The translations under genes and the position numbers were made by a program. 64,000 bases of DNA from an uncultured Actinomycetes bacterium. GTDB lineage: Bacteria > Actinomycetota > Acidimicrobiia > IMCC26256 > BP-133. Where the stretch lies: NCBI GenBank assembly GCA_963789165.1, contig CAWBJP010000003.1:518625-582624 (forward strand). The letters run 5' to 3'. Positions within the stretch are counted from its first letter, which is position 1; every line of letters starts with the position of its first letter. Shown here piece after piece: positions 1 to 9,445 of the stretch. Under the pieces are notes generated by a model. It was not told the origin of the DNA and ran no database searches. It saw only the letters and a program-made list of their open reading frames with translations.

Positions 1-549
1 ACCAACCTCAAGGCCAATGAGAGAGCGGTCAGCATCTCGGGCACGCCCACCGGCGCGGGCTACTGGGTCTTCACCAACCTGGGTCGGGTGGTTGCTTTCG
101 GCGACGCCAACAAGAACCTTGGTGACGTGTCCTCCTCGACGCTCAACGGCGAGATCCTCGACTCCTCCTCCACCCCGTCCGGCAACGGCTACTACATGGT
201 GGGTAGCGATGGCGGGGTGTTCACACAAGGAGACGCCAACTTTGAGGGGTCCATGGGCGGCTTCAAGCTCAACCAGCCCGTCCAGTCGATCGTCCCCGAC
301 CCCGACGGCATCGGCTACTGGCTCGTGGCCTCCGACGGCGGCGTGTTCAGTTTCAAAGCCCCGTTCCGGGGATCGACCGGCAGTTTGAAGCTGAACAAGC
401 CCATGACCGGCATGGTGCCCTACGGCGACGGTTACCTGATGGTGGCCGAGGACGGGGGCGTCTTCAACTTCAGCAACCTGCCCTTCTCCGGCTCGCTCGG
501 CAACAACCCGCCGACCAACGCGATCGTGTCCATCACCGCGCTCAGCTGA
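1..549 (+). CDS. C-terminal part of a repeat protein with ~42-aa GYW-V-SDGGVF-F-GDA-F-GS repeats (beta-propeller-like); the 5' end lies outside the window
   Basis: Frame 1 is open from base 1 (TNLKANERAVSISGTPTGAGYWVFTN...). The translation shows tandem repeats such as GYYMVGSDGGVFTQGDANFEGS, GYWLVASDGGVFSFKAPFRGS and GYLMVAEDGGVFNFSNLPFSGS. The same repeat occurs in the protein at 55251..57521. Confidence 0.7.
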   Translation, partial: TNLKANERAVSISGTPTGAGYWVFTNLGRVVAFGDANKNLGDVSSSTLNGEILDSSSTPSGNGYYMVGSDGGVFTQGDANFEGSMGGFKLNQPVQSIVPDPDGIGYWLVASDGGVFSFKAPFRGSTGSLKLNKPMTGMVPYGDGYLMVAEDGGVFNFSNLPFSGSLGNNPPTNAIVSITALS

Positions 550-585
550 CCTCTCCGGCGATCGCCGCCGGCACGTGAAAAGAGA

Positions 586-610
586 GAGCCCGGACCTCGT
601 GTCCGGGCTC
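586..610. terminator. GC-rich hairpin between convergent genes (possible bidirectional terminator)
   Basis: gagcccggac (586-595) pairs with gtccgggctc (601-610) around a 5-nt loop. It lies between the stop at 549 and the convergent stop at 645. There is no clear T-tract. Confidence 0.4.
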
Positions 611-644
611 CCTTCGTTGTCAGACCGTCCCGCTCGCTTGGTGC

Positions 645-1004
645 TCAGACTGCGTCGAGCGACTGCAGGGCCGGCCCTGCTTCGATGAGGCCGGTGAGGC
701 CGCAAAAGACGAGGACGTCCCGGGCGCACCTCGACGGGGACCGCAGGGTCAAGGTGCGGGACTGCCGGCGGAGCAGATTCCGGGCGCTGATCAGCGCGCC
801 GATCGTCGCCAGGCCCAGGAACGTCACCCCGCTCAAGTCGACGATCAGGTCGGCGTCGTCGGCGGAGGTGGCGTCCGCCAGCGTGTCGGTCAGGACGGGC
901 ACGGTGGCGATGTCGTGCTCACCTTCGAGCCAGACGACGGTCCGGTCGCCGTCGCGGGACACGAGTGGTACCCCCGTATCAGGGGGAGAAACGGAAAGGA
1001 CCAT
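645..1004 (-). CDS. STAS-domain protein (anti-sigma-factor antagonist family)
   Basis: Translation from ATG 1004: MVLSVS...TVVWLEGEHDIATVPVLTDTLADA...DLIVDLSGVTFLGLATIGALISARNLLRRQSRTLTLRSPSRCARDVLVFCGLTGLI, which matches the SpoIIAA-like STAS pattern. Confidence 0.75.
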   Translation of the reverse strand: MVLSVSPPDTGVPLVSRDGDRTVVWLEGEHDIATVPVLTDTLADATSADDADLIVDLSGVTFLGLATIGALISARNLLRRQSRTLTLRSPSRCARDVLVFCGLTGLIEAGPALQSLDAV

Positions 1005-1198
1005 GACAGCCAGCTCCCTGGTAGGCCAAGCGTCGTTTGACGCGCTGCCAAGGGTCTGGAGCACCGCTCCCGGCCGGCCAAAGTGCCGGCCCACACGTGT
1101 GGGATCTCGTCGTGCTGATTTCAAGGTACACCCGTCGCTAACGATTCGTCTCCCCGCCCCAAGGAGCGAAGCGGACAAACCGACGACGAGCTGCGTGC

Positions 1199-1948
1199 TC
1201 AGGAAACGAGAGGATCCGGTGCCCGAGGTGCAGAACGCGGAGCCTCAGGCACCAGGGTGCCTTCGATGACGGCCTGCGCAACGTCGACGAGCAGCAGATT
1301 GTGGCTGCGGGCATGGTTGCGCAGCCACGAGAAGGCGGCCTCCATGTCGAAGCCGGATCGCTCGGCGAGCATGCCCTTGGCCTGCTCGATCATGATGCGG
1401 CTGTGAAGGGCGTGGTTGAGCTGGTCGACCACGAGGTGGGCCTGGACAGCGGCGCGGTGCTGGAGGATACCGATGGTGGCGACGTCGGCCAGCGCCTGGG
1501 CGGCGATCGCGTCGGCTTCGTCCAACATTCCCTCGTCGACCCGGAACAGGTTGAGGGCGCCGATGGTCACGCCCCGCAAGCGCATCGGCATGGCGTGCAC
1601 CGACTTGAAACCGGCCGCGAGGGCCACGGGCCCGAACCGGGGCCAGTGTGCCGGATCCGTGGCCAGGTTATGGCTCATCGAGGCTTGGCCAGACCGGAAG
1701 CAGTCCGGGCACGGGCCTTCCTGGGACTGGATCTCGAACAGCTCGACGAGGCGCATCTCCTCGCTGGAGGAGGCCACCACCCGCAGGTCCCCCTCAGGGG
1801 CGGACAGCATCAGGCCGGCGGCGTCCACATCGAGCACCTCCACACACCGATCGGCGAGCAGGGTGAGCAGTTCCACAACATCGAAGTTGTCCACGAGGGT
1901 GTCGGCCAACTCGACCAAGGTCCGGGCCAGCAGGGCTTCCCTGGGCAT
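1199..1948 (-). CDS. GAF + ANTAR domain RNA-binding regulator
   Basis: ATG at 1948 is preceded by aaggagg. The GAF-like N-terminus is followed by a C-terminal ANTAR signature (LNHALHSRIMIEQAKGMLAERSGFDMEAAFSWLRNHARSHNLLLVDVAQAVI). Confidence 0.85.
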   Translation of the reverse strand: MPREALLARTLVELADTLVDNFDVVELLTLLADRCVEVLDVDAAGLMLSAPEGDLRVVASSSEEMRLVELFEIQSQEGPCPDCFRSGQASMSHNLATDPAHWPRFGPVALAAGFKSVHAMPMRLRGVTIGALNLFRVDEGMLDEADAIAAQALADVATIGILQHRAAVQAHLVVDQLNHALHSRIMIEQAKGMLAERSGFDMEAAFSWLRNHARSHNLLLVDVAQAVIEGTLVPEAPRSAPRAPDPLVS

Positions 1949-2051
1949 CGGAACCTCCTTTCTCAGCCCGCCTCCGCGCTTCTCTGGACGGGGCCGGCCC
2001 TGCGACGATGGTACCCGGCCCAGGGCCCGATTGCGGAACCTCCTGCCTTTC

Positions 2052-2747
2052 TCAGTCGAAGCGCAGCCGCAGACCCACGACATCCTCGGCCACGTCGACG
2101 AGCAGGCGTTCGTTCCCGAAAGCATGGGCGCGCAGGCGGAGCAGGGCTTCCCCGACGCTGATCCCGAGCTGGACCGCCACCATCCCCGAGGCCTGGTGCA
2201 CGACGAAGCGGAAGTTCGCTTCCTGGTCCAGCTCCGCGGCCAGCATCCCGGGCGGCGCCTGAGCCTGCATGGCGAGCACGGCCTGGGCGGCCACGCCGGC
2301 CAGGACCAGCGCGTCGGCGTACTGCTCGTCGCTGAGCGGTCCCGGCTGGTCGCGGTAGAGGTTGAGGGCGCCGAGCCGGACGGCGCCCACCTGGAGAGGG
2401 AACCCGAAGATGGCCCGAGCTCCGGCCTCGACGGCGGGGGGTGTGAAGGCGAGCCAACGGGGGTTGGCGGGTTCAGCCAGGTCGGGCTCGATCACGGGCC
2501 GGTTCTCGTGGTAGGCGTCCACGCACGGCCCCTCCCCCAGGGTGTACTGGAGCTCCTCGATCACCGCGCTCACCTCGTCGCTGGAGCACAGAGACCCCTG
2601 CTCCTCGTCACCGGTCATGAGCATGATGCCGGCGCCGCTCATGGCGGAGACTTTGGCGCACACCTGGCACAGGCGGGCCGCCTCCGGTTCGGTGGCGCCC
2701 CCGGAGGACAGCTGGGCCAGAATGCGCATGAGACGGTCGCCGGGCAT
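2052..2747 (-). CDS. GAF + ANTAR domain RNA-binding regulator (paralogue of 1199..1948)
   Basis: GAF-like core (LQYTLGEGPCVDAY...) plus an ANTAR-like C-terminus (FVVHQASGMVAVQLGISVGEALLRLRAHAFGNERLLVDVAEDVV). Confidence 0.85.
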   Translation of the reverse strand: MPGDRLMRILAQLSSGGATEPEAARLCQVCAKVSAMSGAGIMLMTGDEEQGSLCSSDEVSAVIEELQYTLGEGPCVDAYHENRPVIEPDLAEPANPRWLAFTPPAVEAGARAIFGFPLQVGAVRLGALNLYRDQPGPLSDEQYADALVLAGVAAQAVLAMQAQAPPGMLAAELDQEANFRFVVHQASGMVAVQLGISVGEALLRLRAHAFGNERLLVDVAEDVVGLRLRFD

Positions 2748-2884
2748 GAGTCAGCGCCACCATTCCTCGTCCACCAGGGGGAGGCGCTCAACAAGGTCTG
2801 GATCAGACGCGCACCCGAACACTCAGTCCATCGAGGACCGAGCCAACAACATTGATCATACTCCGGCAAGCGAGGTTGCCGGTT

Positions 2885-3100
2885 CTAGACGTCCGTCTCT
2901 CGCGCCACTGCGGGCCTCTGACGCCGGTCGTAGGGCGAGAAGCTGCTCCAGAACACGGCCGAGGCCAGCGCTCCGACCACTCCGACGAACATGAGGATCA
3001 CACCCACGACCTGCAGGTCGATCCCGTCGACCGGCTTGCTGACCGCGAAGCGCAAAATGGCGCCGACCGCAAAGAGAAAAATACCTACCGAAATGCCCAT
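2885..3100 (-). CDS. Small two-TM membrane protein (DUF6458-like)
   Basis: 71 aa starting MGISVGIFLFAVGAILRFAV...VVGVILMFVGVVGALASAVFW, with two hydrophobic helices and high GC3. Confidence 0.6.
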   Translation of the reverse strand: MGISVGIFLFAVGAILRFAVSKPVDGIDLQVVGVILMFVGVVGALASAVFWSSFSPYDRRQRPAVARETDV

Positions 3101-3315
3101 GATCTTGATTTCCTTTCGGTGATGCTCCCTTGGATGGCCGCGGCGTAGGCCCAGTCGTAGGTGCCGCCGAAGTCGGTGGAGAGCACGCCGCCGCTCCCGA
3201 AGCTGAAGTCGAGTTCCCCGGGCACGGCGATCGCCGGCTGCGCCGAGATGACCATGGCCACGGCGGCCAGCACGCCGAGCACGACGGGATACGTTCGCTC
3301 GCCGCGTTTTCGCAT
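3085..3315 (-). pseudogene. Truncated secreted-protein fragment: signal peptide plus a single delta-60-like repeat
   Basis: MRKRGERTYPVVLGVLAAVAMVISAQPAIA then VPGELDFSFGSGGVLSTDFGGTYDWAYAAAIQ. The ORF then ends after unrelated residues and overlaps the next gene start by 16 nt. Confidence 0.3.
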
Positions 3316-3636
3316 CACACGGTGGCGGAGTGCGTAGCTCACGTCGATCTCCCTGGTCCGTTGGCGCACCTTCCGTGCGCTACCAGGGGTCTGGAGCAAC
3401 GCTCCCGGGACCTTGCCGCAGAAGCGGCCAAATCCCACACGGGCGGGAGGCGTATTCACCGTGCTGAATTCAGCGTACACCTTTTGCCACAACGGGCCGC
3501 ACGTGCCCGGGCCATAGACACGGCCGAGCGACGCGTCTGAGCAGGTTCCTCGCCCCGTTCCGGACTTCGGCATCGCCCAAACAGGCGATCTGATCATCCG
3601 ATCAGAAAGAAAAACCTAAGCAGGAATTCACACGAA

Positions 3637-4033
3637 TCAACGTCGGCGGTACCGCCGCTTGACCAGGCGGGCGAGATCGGACAGGAGGATGCCGGAACCG
3701 ACCAGCACCAGACCGACGGCGAGCCCGCGGAGCGCTCCGGCCCCGGTGATGGGCAACTCCGTTCCGGTACTGCGGGTCCCGCCGGCGCCGGCGGTGCCTC
3801 GCTGACCGGGGCCGCCACCACCGGCGACGGCTGCGCCGGAACCGCAGGCGAACCGGTGGCGCCGGTGAAGGGTCCGGGCTCGGCGTCGAGCCGGAGCGGT
3901 CGAGAACCAGCGTGAAGTCGAGCCCGCAGGCGCCGGCCAGGTCGGGGTTGGCCGGCGCCGGCGCCGGTGGGGTTGCGCGGCCGGGAGTTCCGCCGCCCCC
4001 AGGCCTGCGCCCAGCACGAAAGCGATTCGTCAT
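3637..4033 (-). pseudogene. Decayed surface-protein gene: VWA-like start and LPXTG sorting signal lie in different frames
   Basis: One frame reads ...CGLDFTLVLDRSGS (start of a VWA MIDAS-like strand). Another frame ends in TELPITGAGALRGLAVGLVLVGSGILL...KRRYRRR, which is LPxTG plus a hydrophobic stretch plus a basic tail. Confidence 0.3.
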
Positions 4034-4060
4034 ATTCCGGCGAAATTCTGAGTTGTAGCC

Positions 4061-4831
4061 CTAGTCCCCCAGGGCATCCCGGGCCCGGAGGACGCCGTCC
4101 ACGTATGGCGGTCGTACGTGGAGGATGACCCGCTGGACTCCGATCTCGGCCAGTCGCCGGTGCTCCGCTCGGCCCGGACCCGCGCTGGTCGTGACGAGGA
4201 AGCGCTCGGGATCACGACCCGACCGGGCGCAGGCCTCCCGGGCCACCTCGACCAGCTGGGCGAGACGTGGTCCGCCGGGTGCGTTCACTCCGTCCGCCAC
4301 CCGGCCGGCCACCTCGGCCATCTTGGGGCCGAAGCCCCCGATGATGATCGGCGGCGGCGGCTGAGGGCGCAGGAAGCCGGTGACACCCCCCACCGTTCCC
4401 GACCACGTCGCCCTCAACGTGGTCACCGCGCGCTCGACGGCCCGACGGCGGGCGGCGTCGCCCGGGACCGGCCTCCCCAGCGCCTCCTGCTCAGCCGCGT
4501 ACGGAGTATCCCGCCCTCCGCCGGCGCCCAACCCGAGCAGCAGGCGACCCCCACTCACCTCCTGCAGCGTGGCGGCCATCAACCCCAGCACGCCCGGATC
4601 GCGGTTGGCCACGTTGAGGACGAGGGGACCGACCGCCAGACGGGGGACGGTCGCCGCGATCGCCGTGAGCGTCGTCCAGCACTCGAGGACGTGGCTCGCC
4701 CGGTGCACCGATCCGGCCAGATGGTCGTACAGCCACACCCCGTCGAAACCGGCTGCCTCGGCCGCCGACGCGCCCTCCCGTACGTCGCTCCATCGCCCGC
4801 CGAACGGATCGAAGAGAAGGTCGACGTGCAC
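4061..4831 (-). CDS. LLM-class (luciferase-like) F420-dependent oxidoreductase
   Basis: GTG start at 4831. Translation contains AAEAAGFDGVWLYDHL...LTAIAATVPRLAVGPLVLNVANRDPGVLGLMAATLQEVSGGRLLLGLGAG, typical of the LLM family. Confidence 0.85.
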   Translation of the reverse strand: MHVDLLFDPFGGRWSDVREGASAAEAAGFDGVWLYDHLAGSVHRASHVLECWTTLTAIAATVPRLAVGPLVLNVANRDPGVLGLMAATLQEVSGGRLLLGLGAGGGRDTPYAAEQEALGRPVPGDAARRRAVERAVTTLRATWSGTVGGVTGFLRPQPPPPIIIGGFGPKMAEVAGRVADGVNAPGGPRLAQLVEVAREACARSGRDPERFLVTTSAGPGRAEHRRLAEIGVQRVILHVRPPYVDGVLRARDALGD

Positions 4832-4870
4832 GGCGTGAGGCTATCGAGCCCGGTCGCGCCACCGGCGATG

Positions 4871-7800
4871 TCACACCGGAAGCGACTCCAGGGCGGCCAG
4901 CGCGTGGACCACCGCCTCTTCGATGGTCATGGCCTGGGCCCGGCATTGGGACGCTGCCCAGCGCTCCTCACCGAGCGACTCCATGATCTGCGACCGGCAG
5001 CACCGAAGGCGCTCGCCGAGGGCACCGAGCTGGCTGCCCGTCTCGTCGAGCGCCTGGCGGAGTTCATGGCTCACGGCCAGGACGACGGCGGCCTCGTCGG
5101 GAAGCGGCTCGGCCAGGGCCAGGGCGGCCATCTCCAGTGCCTCGTCCAGCCAGTAGCGGACTCCCATGTCGCGCAACATTCCCAGGAGGCGGGAGACAAG
5201 CGGTGCGGCCGAACTGTCGCCGCCCAGAATCGCCACCTGCCCGGCACGGGCCAACGCCATCATGAGGATACGCGGCCCGGCCCCTATTCTCTCGGCGGCG
5301 GTGATCCCCTCCTCGGCCATCGCACGGGCGGTCCCGTGATCACCCTGGAGCGCCGCCACCAGGGCTAGAGCCGGGCGGATGTGGGCCCGCAGGGTTTCGT
5401 CGTCGGCCTGTTCGGCGAGCCCGAGGGAGATTTCGAACTGCGTCGCCGCCCCCTCAACGTCGTCTTCGGCCAGGGCAATCCAGCCAAGCTCGCTGTGACA
5501 CCAGCCGTCTCCGGAGAGAAACCCGACTTTCTCCCACCGGCGCATGGACTCTCGCACCATGGCTTCGGCGGTGCGGCGGTCGCCTCGAGCCAGTTCGAAA
5601 TCCGATCGGTAGAAGCCGACCTGGGCCACGAGCTCGTCGCTCTCGAGACAGGACGCCACGGCCAGGGCCTCGTCGAAGAGCGTTTCACAGCGATCCGATT
5701 CCCCGGCCAGCCCCCGCAGCAGCGTGGCCAGCCCGATGAGCGCCTCGATGCGCGCTGGGCTCGGCGTCCGGCAACGGTCGAGCGCCTCGGGGAGCCACTG
5801 CCGCCAGTCGAGACTCTCGGTCCAGTACCAGTACGGCCAGAGGGCCGCGGCCAGGCGTAGCAGCTCCTCGTGGTCGCCCTGCACCCCTGACCACTCCAGG
5901 GCAGCGTGGAAGTTGTCGTGGTCCGTCGTGACCTGCCCGACCCACGGACCCCAATGGTGGTAGTCGCTCCTCAGAGCCCATTGATCGGCCAAGCCGAGGA
6001 AGTAATCCCGTTGGCGGCGCCGGACCTCTTCCGTCTCCCCCGCTTCCGCCAGCTTCTGCCCGGCGTATTCCCGGACCGTTTCCAGCAGGGCGTAGCGCAC
6101 CTCGGGCTCCTCGCTGGAGACGGAGACCATCGACTTGTCCACCAACCGGCAGAGCAGGTCGAGGACCTCGAAGCCGACCCCCGGGGCCGCGTCCTGGGGC
6201 ACGGAGCCGACGACCGCCTCGACGGCGGCCAGCCTGAAACTGCCGGGAAAGACGGCCAACCGCCGGAGTACCACCTGCTCAGAGGCGGGCAGCAGGCCGA
6301 AACTCCAATCCATGGCGGCCCGGAGCGTCTGGTGACGCGGGACCGCGGTGCGGGACCCTCCGGTCAGCAGTCGGAACCGGTCGTCGAGCCGCTCGGCCAC
6401 CTGGCCGGCTCCCAACACCCGGATCTTCGCCGCCGCCAGTTCCAGACCCAGGGGAATGCCGTCCAGGCGCCGGCAGATCCTCGCCACCGCCGCCGCATTG
6501 GCGGCGCTCAGGCCGAAGCCGGACTGGGCGGCGCGAGCCCGTTCGCAGAACAAGGCCACGGCGTCGGAGCGGGCGAGGTCCTCGAGACTGGCGACGTGAT
6601 CCGGCGGTACGGAGAGGGGCGGCACGTTCCACACCACCTCGCCGGGAAGACCCAGCACCTCCCGGCTGGTGGCCAGCACGGTGATATCCGGGCACCGGGC
6701 GAGCACGATGTGCGCCAGTTGGGCCGCGGCCTCCACGACGTGTTCGCAGTTGTCCAGCACAACGAGCAGCCGGCGAGCCCGGAGATGGTCACAGAGACGT
6801 TCCTCCAACGACTCGCCCGCCTGGACCAGTCCGCTGGGTAGGAACCCGAGCGAGGTGACCACCTCGGTGGCGACGAGCGCCGGGTCCCGGACGGGGGCCA
6901 GCTCGACGAACCAGGCGCCATCCGGAAACCGCTCCAGGGCGCCGGCCGCCGCCTGGAGCGCCAACCGGGTCTTGCCCGCTCCTCCCGTGCCCGCCAGTGT
7001 CAGCAGGCGGGACGTCCCCAGGAGCGACAGGACCTCGCTCAGCTCCCGCTCCCGACCGACAAAGGACGTGAGCGCGACCGGCAGGTTGTGCCGCCTGGCA
7101 TCCAGGGACTGCAACGGAGGAAAGTCGCCGGGCAGCTCGGGGTGCGTGACCTGGTAGACCCGCTCGGGACGGGCGAGGTCGGCCAGGCGGTGCTCCCCGA
7201 GATCGATGAGCCCGACACCGGAGGGCAGCTCGTCCTGGCTGAGGTCGGCCGCGACCTGGGAACAGACCACCTGGCCGCCGGCGGCGGTGGCGAGCAGACG
7301 GGCCGTGCGGTTGAGGGTCGGACCGAACCAGTTGCCGGCGCGCTGCTCCGCCGCGCCGGCGTGCACAGCCATGCGCACCTGCAGCGGACCCCGCGACGAC
7401 CAGGCCGTGGTGACCAGGGCCTGTTGCGCCATCACGGCGGTGTCCAGGGCCGCCTGCATGGTCGGGAAGACGATGCAGAATCCGTCGCCGGTATGACTGA
7501 AGACCTCACCACCGGTGGCCTCGACAGCTTCGAGCAGAAGCTCGTCATGGCGAGCCAGGTCGCGGGCCATCGCCTCCTGGTGACCCTCCCACCGGCTGGT
7601 ACTGGCCTCGATGTCGGTGAAGAGAAACACGGCGATGTCGGCCGATCGCCGGCGCGATCCACCGGTTCCCGAAGGCGACGACCGCGCTGACGTCGGTGGA
7701 GCCGGGGCGGCGAGGTCGGCCGATTGACGGAGGATCTGCTCCTCGAGCCGGCGGAGCTCCGGTGTCGGCTCCACGCCGAGCTCATCCCCGAGCAGGCGTC

Positions 7801-8497
7801 GCACTTGCTGGTAGGCCCGCAGGGCGTCGGCCTGTCGGCCGAGGCGGTAGAGCGCCAGCATCATCTGCCCCCACGGCCGTTCCCGCAGCGGATGTTGACC
7901 CACGTGGGACTTGAGGCGGGCGAGAGCGTCTTCGGGGCGTCCGAGGCTCAGCTCCGCTTCGGCCAGGTCTTCCACCGCCGCCAGCCGGGCCTCCTCGAGC
8001 CGGTGCGCCTCCAACTGGGCGAAGGGACGGTCGGACAGCTCGCCGAACACGGGGCCCCGCCAGAGCGCGAGCGCCGCCTCAAGCCGCTCCGCCGCGCGGG
8101 CGGCCTCGCCCGTGGCCAGCGCCTGGCGGCCTTCAGTGAGCAGCCGGTCGAACCGGAAAGCATCGACGAGGTCGGGCTCCGCCTCGAGGACATAGCCACC
8201 ATCTCGCCCGCGAAGCCGGGCCGCGTCACCGCCAGCGGCCGCGCCGGCGGTTTCGAGCGTTCGTCGCAGCCGCGAGACGAGGCTCTGGAGGGTGGCCTGG
8301 ACGCTGGCCGGCGGCGAGTCGCCCCACAGATCCTCGACCAGCACCTCGACCGCGACGGGACGGTTCAAGCGCAACAGGAGCGAGGCCAGCAGCGCCCGTT
8401 GCTTCAGGCTGCCGATCTCAATCACCTGGTCGCCGGCCATCACCTCGATGGTGCCGAGCAACCGGAACTCGATCCCGTGGCTCTCCGCCGGGTCCAC
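4871..8497 (-). CDS. Multidomain regulator: SARP/BTAD + class III nucleotidyl cyclase + P-loop STAND ATPase + TPR
   Basis: Winged-helix/BTAD N-terminus (IEFRLLGTIEV...LWGDSPPASVQATLQSLVSRLRRTLE). Cyclase core (AVFLFTDIEASTSRWE...FSHTGDGFCIVF...VRMAVHAGAAEQRAGNWFGPTLNRTARL). Walker A (LAGTGGAGKTRLA). Helical repeats at the C-terminus. The proposed GTG start at 8497 follows gagggggagggg; the ORF is open up to 8620. Confidence 0.85.
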   Translation of the reverse strand: MDPAESHGIEFRLLGTIEVMAGDQVIEIGSLKQRALLASLLLRLNRPVAVEVLVEDLWGDSPPASVQATLQSLVSRLRRTLETAGAAAGGDAARLRGRDGGYVLEAEPDLVDAFRFDRLLTEGRQALATGEAARAAERLEAALALWRGPVFGELSDRPFAQLEAHRLEEARLAAVEDLAEAELSLGRPEDALARLKSHVGQHPLRERPWGQMMLALYRLGRQADALRAYQQVRRLLGDELGVEPTPELRRLEEQILRQSADLAAPAPPTSARSSPSGTGGSRRRSADIAVFLFTDIEASTSRWEGHQEAMARDLARHDELLLEAVEATGGEVFSHTGDGFCIVFPTMQAALDTAVMAQQALVTTAWSSRGPLQVRMAVHAGAAEQRAGNWFGPTLNRTARLLATAAGGQVVCSQVAADLSQDELPSGVGLIDLGEHRLADLARPERVYQVTHPELPGDFPPLQSLDARRHNLPVALTSFVGRERELSEVLSLLGTSRLLTLAGTGGAGKTRLALQAAAGALERFPDGAWFVELAPVRDPALVATEVVTSLGFLPSGLVQAGESLEERLCDHLRARRLLVVLDNCEHVVEAAAQLAHIVLARCPDITVLATSREVLGLPGEVVWNVPPLSVPPDHVASLEDLARSDAVALFCERARAAQSGFGLSAANAAAVARICRRLDGIPLGLELAAAKIRVLGAGQVAERLDDRFRLLTGGSRTAVPRHQTLRAAMDWSFGLLPASEQVVLRRLAVFPGSFRLAAVEAVVGSVPQDAAPGVGFEVLDLLCRLVDKSMVSVSSEEPEVRYALLETVREYAGQKLAEAGETEEVRRRQRDYFLGLADQWALRSDYHHWGPWVGQVTTDHDNFHAALEWSGVQGDHEELLRLAAALWPYWYWTESLDWRQWLPEALDRCRTPSPARIEALIGLATLLRGLAGESDRCETLFDEALAVASCLESDELVAQVGFYRSDFELARGDRRTAEAMVRESMRRWEKVGFLSGDGWCHSELGWIALAEDDVEGAATQFEISLGLAEQADDETLRAHIRPALALVAALQGDHGTARAMAEEGITAAERIGAGPRILMMALARAGQVAILGGDSSAAPLVSRLLGMLRDMGVRYWLDEALEMAALALAEPLPDEAAVVLAVSHELRQALDETGSQLGALGERLRCCRSQIMESLGEERWAASQCRAQAMTIEEAVVHALAALESLPV

Positions 8498-8640
8498 GCC
8501 CCTCCCCCTCGCTCTGGCGGGAGCGTACCGTTGGTGGTCGCCGAGCAACACCGAACTTCTGGGGCCTGCAAGGATCACGCAAGAGGCGCGCAAGAGGCCC
8601 TCGGATGCTGGTGACAGCACCCGAACGAAGGAGGGGGACG

Positions 8641-9444
8641 ATGGCCGACACGACCATCCTGAACGAGGTCCGGAGCGCGCTGACCGAGATGTCGGCCCGG
8701 ACGGCGGGACTCGTGGGATCGCTTGCGGACACCGAGGTCCCCATCCCGGGGTCCACCTGGACGGTGAGGGAGGCGGCGGTCCACCTGGTGAACTGCGGCG
8801 TCCGGTATGCCGGGATGGTCCACGGCGAGCCCTTCGGGTACGGCTCGCTGACCCCCGAGGAGTGCGCCCGGGAGAACGCTCAGCTCATCGCTGACATCCC
8901 CGAGTCCGACCCCGGCAAGCTCGCCGCTCTGATGCACGAAGGCACCGGACACCTCCTCGGTGCGACCGCCGGCTGCGACGACGCCCAGGAGCTCATCTGG
9001 CACTGCGAAACCCGCATCACGGTCCCCCATCTCGTGGCCACCTGCCTGGCCGAGCACCTGCTCCACGGGTACGACATGGCACTCGCCGTCCACCAGCCCT
9101 GGCCGATCGATCCTCATCTGGCCGCCCTGGGCCTCTTCGGCTACGGGCCCGCCTACGGGTTGTGCCTCAACCCCGCCACCACCGCCGGCCACACCGCGGG
9201 CTACGGCATCGAGTTCCGGACGGGTGAGCGCTTCACGATCCGGTTCGTCGCCGGCGAGTACGGCCTCGAGCTTCCCGATTCGGGTCCCGTCGACTGCACC
9301 ATCACCGCTGACCCCGTCGCCTTCCTGCTCGTCGGCTCGGGGCGGCTCAGCCAGTGGGACGCCATCGCCCTCGGGCTCCTGGAGGCCAGCGGGGACCGTC
9401 CGGAGCTCGCCCTCGGGTTCACGGGCCTGTTCCTGTTCCCCTAG
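8641..9444 (+). CDS. DinB-like / maleylpyruvate isomerase-family (mycothiol-dependent type) protein
   Basis: ATG 8641 follows gaaggaggggga. DinB/MDMPI_N-like N-terminus (WTVREAAVHLV...HLLHGYDMALA) with an SCP2-like C-terminal half. Confidence 0.7.
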   Translation: MADTTILNEVRSALTEMSARTAGLVGSLADTEVPIPGSTWTVREAAVHLVNCGVRYAGMVHGEPFGYGSLTPEECARENAQLIADIPESDPGKLAALMHEGTGHLLGATAGCDDAQELIWHCETRITVPHLVATCLAEHLLHGYDMALAVHQPWPIDPHLAALGLFGYGPAYGLCLNPATTAGHTAGYGIEFRTGERFTIRFVAGEYGLELPDSGPVDCTITADPVAFLLVGSGRLSQWDAIALGLLEASGDRPELALGFTGLFLFP

Positions 9445-9445
9445 A

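Noticed and set aside
1416-2855. 479-aa plus-strand ORF overlapping both GAF-ANTAR genes
   Set aside because: It is antisense to two genes with clear domain signatures. The Arg/Ser/Pro-rich, low-complexity translation is typical of shadow ORFs in high-GC DNA.
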